32,698 nucleotides of DNA from Clostridia bacterium (GCA_017424085.1 JAFPBP010000267.1:1-32698); one strand, 5' to 3'; positions 8,062 through 17,927 are shown, counted from the first letter of the stretch. Program-made: numbers and translations. Notes: generated by a model from the letters alone, not told the origin.

Positions 8062-9018
8062 TTATGTAAAGATTGTCTCAATCAGGCGGGAAGAGGAGGG
8101 CGGAGAGTACACAAAACGGTCCAGATGAGGTGCGGAAACCGTATACCGAAGTTCGCGGGACACCTCTCCGTCAAAGGCATCGATAAGGTTCAGCTTGACC
8201 TTCATCTTTTCGGGAATGATGTTTTTGATGTATACCGTGGCAAGTTGCCCCGGACGAACGTTCTCACGGCATTCCGCCAATCCTGCAAGATTGGGAGCCA
8301 GCTCCACGAAGATCCCATACTCCTCCACCGAGCGGACAATGCCGCCCACCGTCTGCCCTACGGAAAACCGCGCGGCGTTTTCCTCCCACGTACCCAAAAG
8401 CTCCTTATGGGACAGGACGAACCGATTCTTTTCCCGATCCACGTCCCGCACCACAACCTTTACCGCCTGATCACGCACAAAGCGGTCGGCGGGATGGGAA
8501 ATGCGGGAAACCGAAATATTCTCGATGGAGATCAAGCCCACGATGCCGCATCCGATATCCGCAAAGGCACCGAAGGATTCCAGATGGGTGATACGGGCAT
8601 CCAGAACGTCGCCGGGTCTCACCCGTGCCAGCAGCTCCTCCTGTGCCTGCTGTTGAGCGGCGCGGCGGGACAGGAGCACCACGGGGTCGGACAGAACCGT
8701 CCCTCCTCCGTCACAGCAGGTGCTGCGCATGACCTGATCCCGACGGAGCAGGTCGGTGACCTTGAAGCAGACTGCCTTATTGACGCGGGAGAGGATGGCG
8801 ATATCCTTCACCGTTCCCTCCCGAATGCCCAGCGCCGCCTCGCCCCGCGGGATCACCCCGCGAATTCCGCCCAGATCCACCACCAGATTGTGGCTGCTGT
8901 CGCACAAGATCGCCTTTGCCTCCAGAATCTGTCCCGAGGCGCGCGCCCGCTCCAAGGTTGCAAGCGAATGCTCTGTTTTCCCCGAAGCACCTTCGGGGTA
9001 ATATTGTTCTTTATCCAT
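8062..9018 (-). CDS. S1 RNA-binding domain protein (ribosomal protein S1-like, multiple S1 repeats)
   Basis: It shows S1-type repeats, for example GDVLDARITHLESFGAFADIGCGIVGLISIENIS and GQTVGGIVRSVEEYGIFVELAPNLAGLAE. I chose the ATG at 9016-9018 (MDKEQYYPEG), which is preceded by AAAGGAAA. The track start is a TTG at 9045 with no RBS. Confidence 0.8.
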   Translation of the reverse strand: MDKEQYYPEGASGKTEHSLATLERARASGQILEAKAILCDSSHNLVVDLGGIRGVIPRGEAALGIREGTVKDIAILSRVNKAVCFKVTDLLRRDQVMRSTCCDGGGTVLSDPVVLLSRRAAQQQAQEELLARVRPGDVLDARITHLESFGAFADIGCGIVGLISIENISVSRISHPADRFVRDQAVKVVVRDVDREKNRFVLSHKELLGTWEENAARFSVGQTVGGIVRSVEEYGIFVELAPNLAGLAECRENVRPGQLATVYIKNIIPEKMKVKLNLIDAFDGEVSRELRYTVSAPHLDRFVYSPPSSSRLIETIFT

Positions 9019-9099
9019 TCCGAACCATTTCCTTTCCCATGCCAATGCCTGTAGTCTTGATTCACCATATGCGAAAGGAGGGATCGATATGCATGCCGA

Positions 9100-10005
9100 T
9101 CATTTTCCCATGGAAAAGCGGTGCTTCCCGATGGTCATCTTCACGGGGAGAGTGAAGATCCACTGGGAGGTGGCGGTCGCAGGATTATAATAGTAAAGAC
9201 ACCCGCCCGTGGGATCCACGCCGCTCAAGGCTTCCCGCGCCGCACGGTAGGCGGAATCGGCGATGGGCTGATTGAACTGTCCGTCGTCGATAGCTGTAAA
9301 AGCTCCTCTTTGATAAATAACTCCGGCAAGGGTGTTGGGAAACTGCGAGCTTTCTACCCGATTCAGCACCACCGCCCCCACGGCGACCTGCCCCCGATAG
9401 GATTCCCCCCGCGCCTCGGCGGAGATGATCCGAGCCAGAAGATACACGTTGGAATTGTTGGCGGACACGGAATGAGAGGCGGAGGATTGGGAGGTCAAGC
9501 CCAGGGCTGACAGGGTCCGCACCCCGCAAATGCCGTCCACAGTCAACCCCTTGGCGGATTGGAATTTCTTCACGGCGGCTTCGGTACCCGATCCGTAGAC
9601 CCCATCCACCGCGCCGCTGTAATACCCCAACGATTTCAGCTTCTGCTGAACCTGCGACACGCGACTTCCCGCAGACCCCTTCCGCAGGGAGGTGCTCGTG
9701 CCGCCGATGCCCATGGCGGACAGAGTGTTTGCCCCGCAGATACCGTCCACCGTCAAGCCCTTCGCCGCCTGAAATTTCCGCACGGCGCTTTGGGTCGCCG
9801 ACCCGTAGATCCCGTCCACCGAGCCATTGTAATAGCCCTGCTGCTTAAGCACGGTCTGAATACGGCGAACCTCGCTTCCCGTGGAGCCGAACTGCGACAA
9901 CGCCTCAGAACTCTCGGGAGCGACGAAGACAGCCCCTCCGATCCCCAAAAGCACGGTCAACAACAGGGCAACGAAAACGGGCACACGTCTGTAAAATTGC
10001 TTCAA
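9100..10005 (-). CDS. sleB: Spore cortex-lytic enzyme (two PG_binding_1 repeats plus an SleB-type hydrolase domain)
   Basis: It has two peptidoglycan-binding repeats (GSEVRRIQTVLKQQGYYNGSVDGIYGSATQSAVRKFQAAKGLTVDGICG and a second copy). It also has the hydrolase core ARIISAEARGESYRGQVAVGAVVLNRV...FTAIDDG. I set the start at the TTG at 10003-10005, which has GAAAGGA upstream and gives an N-terminal signal/anchor (RRVPVFVALLLTVLLGIGG). The track ORF extends to 10242 and would overlap the pcrA start. Confidence 0.85.
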   Translation of the reverse strand: MKQFYRRVPVFVALLLTVLLGIGGAVFVAPESSEALSQFGSTGSEVRRIQTVLKQQGYYNGSVDGIYGSATQSAVRKFQAAKGLTVDGICGANTLSAMGIGGTSTSLRKGSAGSRVSQVQQKLKSLGYYSGAVDGVYGSGTEAAVKKFQSAKGLTVDGICGVRTLSALGLTSQSSASHSVSANNSNVYLLARIISAEARGESYRGQVAVGAVVLNRVESSQFPNTLAGVIYQRGAFTAIDDGQFNQPIADSAYRAAREALSGVDPTGGCLYYYNPATATSQWIFTLPVKMTIGKHRFSMGK

Positions 10006-10180
10006 AACGAAATCATCCTTTCGTGGGTTTTGTTTCAGTATTTCCCGAAAACCAAAACCTATTCCGAGGAAAGGCGAAAAAGTTCTAAAATTCGTTTCAA
10101 TTCCGCAATGCTTTTGTCCCTCGGATATATTATAATAAAATATATATGCACTATTACTTACCCCGCAAAGGAGAACCCTC

Positions 10181-12553
10181 ATGACCCAGGAATTCATTGC
10201 CCTGCGCAAAGCCCTTCTCGACAGGGAATATGAATCGCTCAACGCACCCCAACGGGAGTCGGTCTACGCCTGTGACTGCCCCCTTCTGATCCTTGCAGGA
10301 GCAGGGAGCGGAAAAACCACCGTACTCGTAAACAAATTGGGATATTTGATCAAATACGGCAACGCCTATCATTCCACCACCGTCCCCGAAGGATTGACGC
10401 GGGACGATCTGGACTATCTGAAAGGCGCCCTCAACGATCCTCAGCGCCGCAACGAGCCCCGCTATCGGGACCTGATGGCGGTGGACGCCATGAACCCCTA
10501 CAATCTTTTGGCGATCACCTTCACCAACAAGGCGGCGGGCGAAATGCGGGAGCGCATGGAGAAGAAATTCAACGTGGACGCCCACGACCTTTGGGCGATG
10601 ACCTTCCATGCGGTCTGTCTGCGGATCCTGCGCCGCTTCGGAGATCGGATCGGTTACGACAAGGATTTTACCATCTACGACGATAACGATTCCAATAAAT
10701 TGGTGGAGCGGATCCTGAAGGAAAAGAATCTGAACGAGCGCTACACCGCAAAGACCATCCGCGGCGTCATCTCCTCTGCCAAGGGAAAATACAAATCCGC
10801 TGAGGACTTCCGTGCCGAATTCAAGGATACGGAGCATCCCCGCTTGCCCGAGCTGTACGAGGCGTATCAAGCACAGCTGAGGGAAAGCAACGCCATGGAC
10901 TTTGACGATCTGATCTTCAACGCCGTTAAGCTGCTGACCGAAAACGAGGATGCGGCGCGGGCGGTGAACCGTCGGTTCAAATACGTTCTGGTGGATGAAT
11001 ACCAGGACACCAACCCCCTGCAGTACCGTCTGGTCACTCTCCTTGCCAAGGGGGGCGAGATCTGCGTGGTGGGAGACGACGATCAGAGCATTTACAAGTT
11101 TGCAGGTGCCTCCATCCGCAACATTCTGGACTTTGAAAAACAGTTCCCCGATGCCCGCGTGATCCGTCTGGAGCAAAATTACCGCTCCACCAACACCATT
11201 CTCACGGCGGCAAACAAGGTCATCGCCCACAACAAGGACCGTAAGGGAAAGACCCTGTGGTCGGACAAGGGGGAGGGCGAAAAGGTGCACTTCCGCGAGC
11301 TGGGCTCCCAGTACGAGGAATCGGCGTACGTTGCCCGCACCATTCTCTCCAAAATGTCCATGGATCGGTCGCTGAAGTATAAGGATTTCTGCGTTCTCTA
11401 CCGCGCCCATTCCCAAAGTAACCCCGTGGAAACGGCGTTGCGCGGAAACGGCATCCCCTACCGCGTTTACGGCGGACTTGCCTTCTACAAGCGCAAGGAG
11501 GTTCAGGACCTTCTGGCATACATGAACTTCATTCAGAACCCCAAGGATCGGGTTCGTCTCTCCCGTATCATCAACGAGCCCAAGCGGGGCATCGGCGATA
11601 CGTCGGTGGATCGGATGCTTGCCATCGCCGATCGGGAGGAGAAGACCCCCTACGATATCCTGCAGCATGCGGATCAATACCCCGAGCTGAGCCGTGCCGC
11701 AGGGAAAATGACGGCGTTTGCCGATCTGATCGCGGATCTGAAGGACGCCTCGGAATCCATGCCCCTGCCCGAGTTCTTCCGTTATCTGGTGGCTCGGATC
11801 CAATACAAGCAATGGCTCTTCAGCGCCTACGGAGCAAGCGATCAGGGAGAGGCACAGGATCGGTTTGCCAACGTGGCAGAGCTTCTGAACAGCATCGTGG
11901 ACTTCTCCGAGCATGCGGAGGAGGGCAAAAACACTCTTGCCGACTTTTTGGAGCAGATCGCCCTAGTCAGCGCCGTGGATAACATGGACGCCGACGCCGA
12001 TGCGGTCATTCTGATGACCATGCATTGTGCCAAGGGCTTGGAATTCGATACAGTGTTCGTCGTGGGCTTCGAGGAAGGAATGTTCCCCTCTCCCCGTTCC
12101 GTGGAAGAGCCGGGAGGTCTGGAGGAGGAGCGCCGCCTGTGCTACGTGGCGATCACCCGTGCGAAAAAGGATCTGCACATGATCTCCACCCGCTCCCGCG
12201 TCACCTTCGGACGGGCAATCAACGGAACCCCCTCCCGCTTCCTGGAGGAAATTCCCGAGGAATGTCTGGACAAGCGCCGCGAAAACATTGAAACCATCCG
12301 CAAGCCCGTGAAGGTGCCCCTCTCGGAGCGTCACATTCTCAAGGATGCGGTCACAAGCGTCCCCAAGCGCCCCGATGCGCCCGCCCGGAAGGTCTCTTAT
12401 GCGGTGGGAATGCGGATCCGTCACAAGGTCTTCGGCGAAGGCCTCATCACGGCAGTTACACCCATGGCGTCGGATTGCATGCTGACGGTGGAATTCGACG
12501 GAGTGGGACCGAAAAAACTCATGACCAATTACGTGAAGCTTGAAATTCTTTAA
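10181..12553 (+). CDS. pcrA: ATP-dependent DNA helicase PcrA (UvrD/Rep superfamily 1)
   Basis: The ORF is 790 aa with Walker A (LILAGAGSGKTTVL), motif II (VLVDEYQDTNPLQY), and the stretches QNYRST and MTMHCAKGLEFD...YVAITRAK. An AAAGGAG RBS lies upstream. Confidence 0.9.
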   Translation: MTQEFIALRKALLDREYESLNAPQRESVYACDCPLLILAGAGSGKTTVLVNKLGYLIKYGNAYHSTTVPEGLTRDDLDYLKGALNDPQRRNEPRYRDLMAVDAMNPYNLLAITFTNKAAGEMRERMEKKFNVDAHDLWAMTFHAVCLRILRRFGDRIGYDKDFTIYDDNDSNKLVERILKEKNLNERYTAKTIRGVISSAKGKYKSAEDFRAEFKDTEHPRLPELYEAYQAQLRESNAMDFDDLIFNAVKLLTENEDAARAVNRRFKYVLVDEYQDTNPLQYRLVTLLAKGGEICVVGDDDQSIYKFAGASIRNILDFEKQFPDARVIRLEQNYRSTNTILTAANKVIAHNKDRKGKTLWSDKGEGEKVHFRELGSQYEESAYVARTILSKMSMDRSLKYKDFCVLYRAHSQSNPVETALRGNGIPYRVYGGLAFYKRKEVQDLLAYMNFIQNPKDRVRLSRIINEPKRGIGDTSVDRMLAIADREEKTPYDILQHADQYPELSRAAGKMTAFADLIADLKDASESMPLPEFFRYLVARIQYKQWLFSAYGASDQGEAQDRFANVAELLNSIVDFSEHAEEGKNTLADFLEQIALVSAVDNMDADADAVILMTMHCAKGLEFDTVFVVGFEEGMFPSPRSVEEPGGLEEERRLCYVAITRAKKDLHMISTRSRVTFGRAINGTPSRFLEEIPEECLDKRRENIETIRKPVKVPLSERHILKDAVTSVPKRPDAPARKVSYAVGMRIRHKVFGEGLITAVTPMASDCMLTVEFDGVGPKKLMTNYVKLEIL

Positions 12554-12573
12554 GCTTCGGAAAGAGAGCCCCT

Positions 12574-13824
12574 ATGGAATATATTCCCTGGATCCTCAGC
12601 GCCGTCGCCGCCCTGTGTGCGGGGGCGAGCCTTGCCGTCTGTCTGACGATCCTCAAGCGAACCAAGCAAAAGGACATCTCGGACGATCTTGCCCGTCAAC
12701 GGCGGGAGATCAACGAACGGCTGGACTCCATGCAAAACACCCTGTCCTCCTCGGTAACGTCGGGGTTGAATGCGGGAAACACGGCGCAGATGAACGCCCT
12801 GTCTCAATTTTCCAAGGAGACCCAAGGCACCCTTGCGGCCTTCTCCACCCGCATTGACAACATGAACGAAACCACCGAAAAGCGGCTCCTCGCCATTCAG
12901 GAGGAGAACCGCAAAAAGCTGGACGAGATGCAGGGCGTGGTCAACGAGAAATTGGAGACCGCGCTGGAGAAGAAGGTCACCGAATCCTTCAAGCTGGTCA
13001 ACGAGCGGCTGGAATTGGTGTCCAAGGGCTTGAGCGAAATGCAGGGGCTTGCCAACGGAGTGGGCGATCTGAAAAAGATCCTGAGCAACGTCAAGACCCG
13101 CGGGGTCTTCGGAGAGATCCAGCTGTCCCGCATTCTGGAGCAGATCCTGACCCCCGATCAGTACGATACCAACGTGGCGACCATCCCCGGCTCTGCGGAG
13201 CGGGTGGAATTCGCCGTTCGTCTCCCGGGGAAGGAGGACGGGTCGGTGCTGTACCTGCCCATTGACTCCAAATTCCCCATGGACCGCTACGAGCAGCTGC
13301 TTGCCGCCTCCGAAAGCGGGGACGCCATTCTGGTGGAAACGGCGCGTAAAGCCCTTGCCGCCTTTTTGAAAGCCAGCGCAAAGGACATTCACGACAAATA
13401 CGTCCGTCCCCCCTACACCACCGATTTCGGCATCCTGTTCCTGCCCACAGAGGGGCTGTACGCAGAGGTGGTCCGCATGACCGATCTGACCGAGGCACTC
13501 ATGCGGGATTATTCCATTAACGTGGCGGGACCCTCCACCTTGGCGGCGCTTCTCAACAGCCTGCAGATGGGCTTCCGCACCCTTGCCATTGAAAAGCGCA
13601 CCAACGACGTCTGGAACGTATTGGCGGCAGTAAAGACCGAATTCGGAACCTTCGAGGGGGTTCTGGAGAACGTGAAAAAGCGGCTGGAGGGTGCCGGAAA
13701 CGATCTGGAAAAGCTGGTGGGGACCCGCACCCGAGCCATCCGCAGAAAGCTGAGGGACGTGGAGACCCTGCCCTCGGAAAGCGCACGCACCGTTCTGGGC
13801 GACGGAGAGCCCGACGAAGAATAA
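12574..13824 (+). CDS. rmuC: DNA recombination protein RmuC
   Basis: The ORF is 416 aa with an N-terminal TM helix and a long coiled-coil region. The RmuC core follows (RGVFGEIQLSRILEQILTPDQYDTNV...VEFAVRLPG...YLPIDSKFP). It starts 20 nt after pcrA, preceded by GAAAGAGAG. Confidence 0.85.
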   Translation: MEYIPWILSAVAALCAGASLAVCLTILKRTKQKDISDDLARQRREINERLDSMQNTLSSSVTSGLNAGNTAQMNALSQFSKETQGTLAAFSTRIDNMNETTEKRLLAIQEENRKKLDEMQGVVNEKLETALEKKVTESFKLVNERLELVSKGLSEMQGLANGVGDLKKILSNVKTRGVFGEIQLSRILEQILTPDQYDTNVATIPGSAERVEFAVRLPGKEDGSVLYLPIDSKFPMDRYEQLLAASESGDAILVETARKALAAFLKASAKDIHDKYVRPPYTTDFGILFLPTEGLYAEVVRMTDLTEALMRDYSINVAGPSTLAALLNSLQMGFRTLAIEKRTNDVWNVLAAVKTEFGTFEGVLENVKKRLEGAGNDLEKLVGTRTRAIRRKLRDVETLPSESARTVLGDGEPDEE

Positions 13825-13844
13825 CGACGAAAGAGGAACCCTTC

Positions 13845-14954
13845 TTGATTTATATGGATAACGCCGCCACCACGCGGGTCTTCGACCAAAGCGCCGAGGC
13901 GGCTCTTAGGATCATGACCGAGGGCTACGGAAACCCCGAATCCCTGCACGGGTTCGGGCTGGAGGCGGAGCGACAGCTGACCAAAGCCCGCGCAAGCCTT
14001 GCCGCCGCCGCAGGCGTTTCGGCGGAAGAGATCTTCTTTGCGCCCTCCGCCACCGTGGCAAGCAATACCGCCCTGCGAGGAGCCGTGGCATCCAAGCGAA
14101 GAGGACGGATCATTTCCACCGCCTTTGAGCACCCCGCCACGGAGGAAGCCCTGAAGGAGCTGGAAAAGACCTTCGAGGTGGTTCGGCTGATCCCCGATCA
14201 CGGAGTCATCACCACTCAAGCCTTTCGGGAGGCGCTGAGCGACGATACGGTGCTTATTACCTGCATGCAGGTCAACAACGAAACGGGAGCCGTAACCCCC
14301 TTGGCAGACATTGTAACGATCCTTCGCCGATCGGGCATCGACGCCCCTTTCCATACCGATGCGGTGCAAGGCTTTCTCAAGGAAGACTTCCGCTATTCCG
14401 CCGTGGATATGGCGACCTTTGCAGGGCATAAGGTCCACGCACCCAAGGGCATCGGAGCCCTGTATCTGAAAAAAAATCTGCGCCTCCGTCCCGTCATTCT
14501 GGGAGGAGGGCAGGAGAAAAACCTGTTTTCGGGAACCCACAACCTCCCCGCCGCCGTGGCTTGGGGGGTCTCCTGCGAGATCATGAAGCAGGAGCACGCC
14601 GCCGTCCGCACCCGTGTGGAAGAGATCAACCGCGCCCTGCGGGAAGGGATCCTCGCCTTGGGAGGCGAGATCAATTCCCCCGACGGAGCCTCCCCCTACG
14701 TTCTCAATGCCGCTTTCCGCGGTTATCTGGGAGAAAACATTCTCCACGTGCTGTCCCAACAGGAGATCTACGTATCCACAGGCTCCGCCTGCTCGGCGAA
14801 AAAGCCTTCACGGGTCATGACTGCAGTGGGAAAGGGAGATCTGAGCCGCTTTGCTCTGCGGTTTTCCTTCTCCCGCTACAACAGCATCGAGGAGGTCCCC
14901 GTGGTGCTGGACGCCTTAAAGCGTGCGCTGGAGACCCTCTCCCCCATCCGTTGA
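13845..14954 (+). CDS. Cysteine desulfurase (NifS/IscS-type class V aminotransferase)
   Basis: It has MDNAATT near the N-terminus, a PLP-lysine context (FAGHKVHAPKGIGALY) and an active-site Cys loop (STGSACSA). The TTG start at 13845 lies 8 nt after AAAGAGGAA. It is adjacent to thiI, which is the usual sulfur-relay pairing. Confidence 0.85.
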   Translation: MIYMDNAATTRVFDQSAEAALRIMTEGYGNPESLHGFGLEAERQLTKARASLAAAAGVSAEEIFFAPSATVASNTALRGAVASKRRGRIISTAFEHPATEEALKELEKTFEVVRLIPDHGVITTQAFREALSDDTVLITCMQVNNETGAVTPLADIVTILRRSGIDAPFHTDAVQGFLKEDFRYSAVDMATFAGHKVHAPKGIGALYLKKNLRLRPVILGGGQEKNLFSGTHNLPAAVAWGVSCEIMKQEHAAVRTRVEEINRALREGILALGGEINSPDGASPYVLNAAFRGYLGENILHVLSQQEIYVSTGSACSAKKPSRVMTAVGKGDLSRFALRFSFSRYNSIEEVPVVLDALKRALETLSPIR

Positions 14955-14972
14955 ACCGAAAGGACGATTGTT

Positions 14973-16151
14973 ATGTACGATGAAGTTTTGCTTTTGAAAT
15001 TGGGCGAAGTGGTTCTGAAGGGATTGAACCGCCGCCGTCTGGAGGACCTGCTGGTCAAAAACGTAAGAACCGCCCTGCGGGGATGCGGACCCGTGGAAGT
15101 ACGGGAAAGCCAATCCACCGTATTCGTGGAATTCGATCAGGAGAACCCCGACGTGGACGCCGCCGTGCAGGCGGCAAAGAAGGTGTTTGGCGTACTGAAT
15201 CTCTGCCGCGCCTATCGGGGAAGCTACGATTGGGAAACTCTGAAGCGGCAAACGGCGGATTACGTGGCGCCCCAACTGAATCGGGCGAAGACCTTCAAGG
15301 TGGACGCACGCCGCTCCGATAAAAAGTATCCCTTGGATACGCCGAAGATCTGCATGCTCATGGGAGAGCATCTGCTCAACGAGTTCCCCCACCTGACGGT
15401 GGACGTGAAAAATCCCCAGGTGGTCGTGACCATTGAGATCCGCGACGGAAACGCCTACGTTCATACCGCCCCCGAAAAGGCGGCGGGCGGGCTTCCCGCA
15501 GGCACGGGCGGACACGGCATGCTCATGCTCTCGGGAGGCATCGACAGCCCCGTGGCAGGGTACGTGATGGCGAAGCGGGGCTTGAAGCTTTCCGCAGTTC
15601 ACTTTGAAAGCCCTCCGTACACCAGCGAGCGCGCCAAGGAAAAGGTTCTGACGCTGGCGAAAAAAATGAGCGTTTATACGGGTCCCGTGCACCTTTGGAT
15701 CGTGCCCTTCACGCAGATCCAGGAGGAGATCCGCGACCGTTGCCGTGAGGACCTGTTCACGGTGATCATGCGGCGAGTCATGCTGAAGATCGCCTGCAAG
15801 CTGGCGCGGGAGCAGAATGCGGGATGCATCATCACGGGCGAAAGCTTGGGACAGGTAGCGTCTCAGACCCTGGGCGCAATTCAATGCACCGACGAGGCTG
15901 CGGATCTTCCCGTGTTCCGTCCCTTCATCGGAACCGACAAGCAGGAAATCGTGGATATTGCCCGCGATATCGACACCTACGATACCTCCATCCTCCCCTA
16001 CGAGGATTGCTGCACCGTCTTCACGCCCAAGCACCCCAAGACCAACCCCAAGCTGGAGGAGGTCCTGAAGGAGGAAGCCAAGCTGGATCTGGATGCGCTG
16101 ACCAAGGATCTTGCATTTGAGTTCATCCGCGTCAAGCCCTGGGATAATTAA
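14973..16151 (+). CDS. thiI: tRNA 4-thiouridine(8) synthase ThiI
   Basis: The ORF is 392 aa with an N-terminal THUMP-like region. It has the PP-loop motif MLMLSGGIDSPVAGY and, downstream, ITGESLGQVASQT. Confidence 0.9.
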   Translation: MYDEVLLLKLGEVVLKGLNRRRLEDLLVKNVRTALRGCGPVEVRESQSTVFVEFDQENPDVDAAVQAAKKVFGVLNLCRAYRGSYDWETLKRQTADYVAPQLNRAKTFKVDARRSDKKYPLDTPKICMLMGEHLLNEFPHLTVDVKNPQVVVTIEIRDGNAYVHTAPEKAAGGLPAGTGGHGMLMLSGGIDSPVAGYVMAKRGLKLSAVHFESPPYTSERAKEKVLTLAKKMSVYTGPVHLWIVPFTQIQEEIRDRCREDLFTVIMRRVMLKIACKLAREQNAGCIITGESLGQVASQTLGAIQCTDEAADLPVFRPFIGTDKQEIVDIARDIDTYDTSILPYEDCCTVFTPKHPKTNPKLEEVLKEEAKLDLDALTKDLAFEFIRVKPWDN

Positions 16152-16177
16152 ACAAGCGTAAAAAGCAGGAGGAAGGC

Positions 16178-16867
16178 ATGCGCAAAAATGCAAAATATCC
16201 GTTACGTTACCGTATAAAGTATCTGTTCTCCGGTTATAAAACGCAGAATTTGCTTCTTTCATTGCGTAAAAAAGTGCCCATTCTCGCATTGATCCTCGTT
16301 CTTACGCTGTCGCTTTGCTATATCGCGATCCATCCGCTCGACAAGATTAAACTGAAGTACTTCTTTACCCATGATTTCACGATAGAAATATCCGTGAGAC
16401 CGGCAACGCCCCTCGAGCACTCCTTCCTCAGCCATGACACAAAAATCATCATCGACGGAGACCTGATGCAGGTTCATCGGACAGATCATGTTTTTGACGA
16501 CAACACCTATTATTACAAATTGGAAGGCGATGGGATCTACCAATATTACAAGGACGCAAACGGCAGATGGCAGCACGAGCTGATCCGAACCGTCGATTCC
16601 GAGAGCATGGACTTCATTATCAACTCCGAATTGCTGGACCGCAGCAATTACAAAAGAGTCAAGGGCGAGCTGTTCGCTTGGGAGCTGAAGGAGAATGAGA
16701 AGAAGACCATTGACCGATATATCGTTTCAAATATAAAAGTCAAGCGAGTCCAAGGGAATATCGCTCTGGTCGGGGATACAACGCTCAACGGAGGAGATTG
16801 CCGCATCACCATAAGCTTTTCAAAATTCGGAAGATCTGACGTGAAGCCTCCGTGGGAAAATTCATAA
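16178..16867 (+). CDS. Hypothetical membrane-anchored protein (orphan gene, AT-rich)
   Basis: The ORF is 229 aa with an AGGAGGAAGG RBS 3 nt before the ATG. It has a basic N-terminus, one TM helix (VPILALILVLTLSLCYIAI) and then a Tyr/Asp/Lys-rich soluble domain. I recognise no family. Its GC content is much lower than that of the neighbouring genes. Confidence 0.65.
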   Translation: MRKNAKYPLRYRIKYLFSGYKTQNLLLSLRKKVPILALILVLTLSLCYIAIHPLDKIKLKYFFTHDFTIEISVRPATPLEHSFLSHDTKIIIDGDLMQVHRTDHVFDDNTYYYKLEGDGIYQYYKDANGRWQHELIRTVDSESMDFIINSELLDRSNYKRVKGELFAWELKENEKKTIDRYIVSNIKVKRVQGNIALVGDTTLNGGDCRITISFSKFGRSDVKPPWENS

Positions 16868-16916
16868 TCCAACTGCGTCTCAAAGCACCGAACAAAAAGC
16901 AAAAAGACAATAAAAT

Positions 16917-16955
16917 GCCGATATGGAAAGAAATCCATATCGGCTATTTTATATT
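16917..16955. terminator. Bidirectional Rho-independent terminator between convergent genes
   Basis: A perfect 11-bp stem (gccgatatgga 16917-16927 / tccatatcggc 16934-16944) has a 6-nt loop. It is followed by tattttatatt on the plus strand and by attttattgtcttttt on the minus strand. Confidence 0.8.
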
Positions 16956-16993
16956 GAACTGTCATAGTTTACTAAGGACGTTTGCTTTTCTCG

Positions 16994-17503
16994 TTACAGA
17001 AACAGACCGACCAACCAAGGAATGCCGTAGGACAACAGCGCCATGATCAGCGATGCCATCAGAACACCGCAGGCAACCGCCAAAAACGCCTTTTTCTTGT
17101 CGATATCCAAGAGGGAGGCAATGAGACTGCCTGTCCACGCGCCGGTACCGGGAAGGGGAATTCCGACGAAGATCAGCAAGCCCCAGAACTCATATTCCTG
17201 AATCCTCTGGCTCTTCCCCATGGATTTCGCCTCCAGACGCTCCACGATCCCACGGAACAGCTTACGCTTCTTCAGCCAGGTGAACAGGGGGGTGACGAAC
17301 ATGAGGATCAGCGGCACGGGGAGGATATTCCCCAAGATGCAGAGCCCGAAGGCTTTTACCAAAGAAAAGCGGTACAGGCTTGCAAGAATCATGCCTCCGC
17401 GCAGCTCCAGAACGGGAACCATGGAGACGATCAAAACGATCCATTCCGCGGGCAGGACCCCCGAAAGCGTCTCGTTAAACCAAGCGACGATGGTTTCGGT
17501 CAT
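16994..17503 (-). CDS. Small membrane protein of the putative small multidrug export family (COG2426-like)
   Basis: It has motifs I associate with this family (VPVLELRGGMILA and FVGIPLPGTGAWTGSLIASLL) and about 4 TM helices. I set the start at the ATG at 17501-17503 (MTETIVAW); the track start is a GTG at 17515. Confidence 0.7.
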   Translation of the reverse strand: MTETIVAWFNETLSGVLPAEWIVLIVSMVPVLELRGGMILASLYRFSLVKAFGLCILGNILPVPLILMFVTPLFTWLKKRKLFRGIVERLEAKSMGKSQRIQEYEFWGLLIFVGIPLPGTGAWTGSLIASLLDIDKKKAFLAVACGVLMASLIMALLSYGIPWLVGLFL

Positions 17504-17545
17504 AGGATAGTACACTCCGAGTAAAAATTTGTCTTGAGCCGATAT

Positions 17546-17579
17546 TACAAAACCCTGCTTCGCCGAACGAAACAGGGTT
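17546..17579 (-). terminator. Probable terminator after rpsT
   Basis: On the minus strand the stem aaccctgtttcg/cgaagcagggtt (one G-U pair) is followed by TTTTGTAAT. It begins 22 nt after the rpsT stop codon. The T tract is short. Confidence 0.5.
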
Positions 17580-17601
17580 ATGAACGGTTCAGGAACTGAA
17601 C

Positions 17602-17841
17602 TTATTCAGCAGCAAATTCAGCAGCCAGACGAGACTTCTTGCGAGCCGCGCAATTCGCATGGATCAGACCCTTGGCGGCAGCCTTGTCAACCAGAGAATA
17701 AGCCTTCTGAAGGTTTTCAGGGGACTTCTCCGCTTCGAGAGCCTTCAGCTGAGTGCGGAACGCAGACTTCTGCATCTTGTTCTCCAGATTCTTGGACTGG
17801 TTTACCAAAACGCGTTTCTTGGCAGATTTGATATTGGGCAT
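17602..17841 (-). CDS. rpsT: 30S ribosomal protein S20
   Basis: The ORF is 79 aa and begins MPNIKSAKKRVLVNQSKNLENKMQKSAFRT, the hallmark S20 N-terminus. A GGAGGTGA RBS lies upstream. Confidence 0.95.
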   Translation of the reverse strand: MPNIKSAKKRVLVNQSKNLENKMQKSAFRTQLKALEAEKSPENLQKAYSLVDKAAAKGLIHANCAARKKSRLAAEFAAE

Positions 17842-17898
17842 CTGCTTTCACCTCCGTTTATTTTTCCGGGGTTCCCCCGTAAATCATTCGTACGATAT

Positions 17899-17927
17899 AT
17901 TATATCACAATTCTGACTTTTATGCAA
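17899..17927 (-). promoter_or_regulatory. SigA-type promoter of rpsT
   Basis: The reverse strand reads TTGCAT, then 17 nt, then TATAAT (-35 at 17922-17927, -10 at 17899-17904). It lies about 55 nt upstream of the start codon. Confidence 0.7.

Noticed and set aside
10006-10242. The 5' extension of the sleB ORF, and similar extensions of other ORFs (6338-6382, 19071-19139, 29113-29235, 9019-9045, 17504-17515)
   Set aside because: The extensions lack an RBS and overlap neighbouring genes or promoters. They would also put non-signal sequence in front of clear signal peptides or conserved N-termini. Internal starts with good Shine-Dalgarno spacing exist in each case.
10154-11914. A 586-aa ORF on the minus strand, antisense to pcrA
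   Set aside because: The pcrA frame carries the Walker A, DEYQD and other SF1 helicase motifs. The antisense product has no motifs, and it would also overlap the sleB/pcrA control region.
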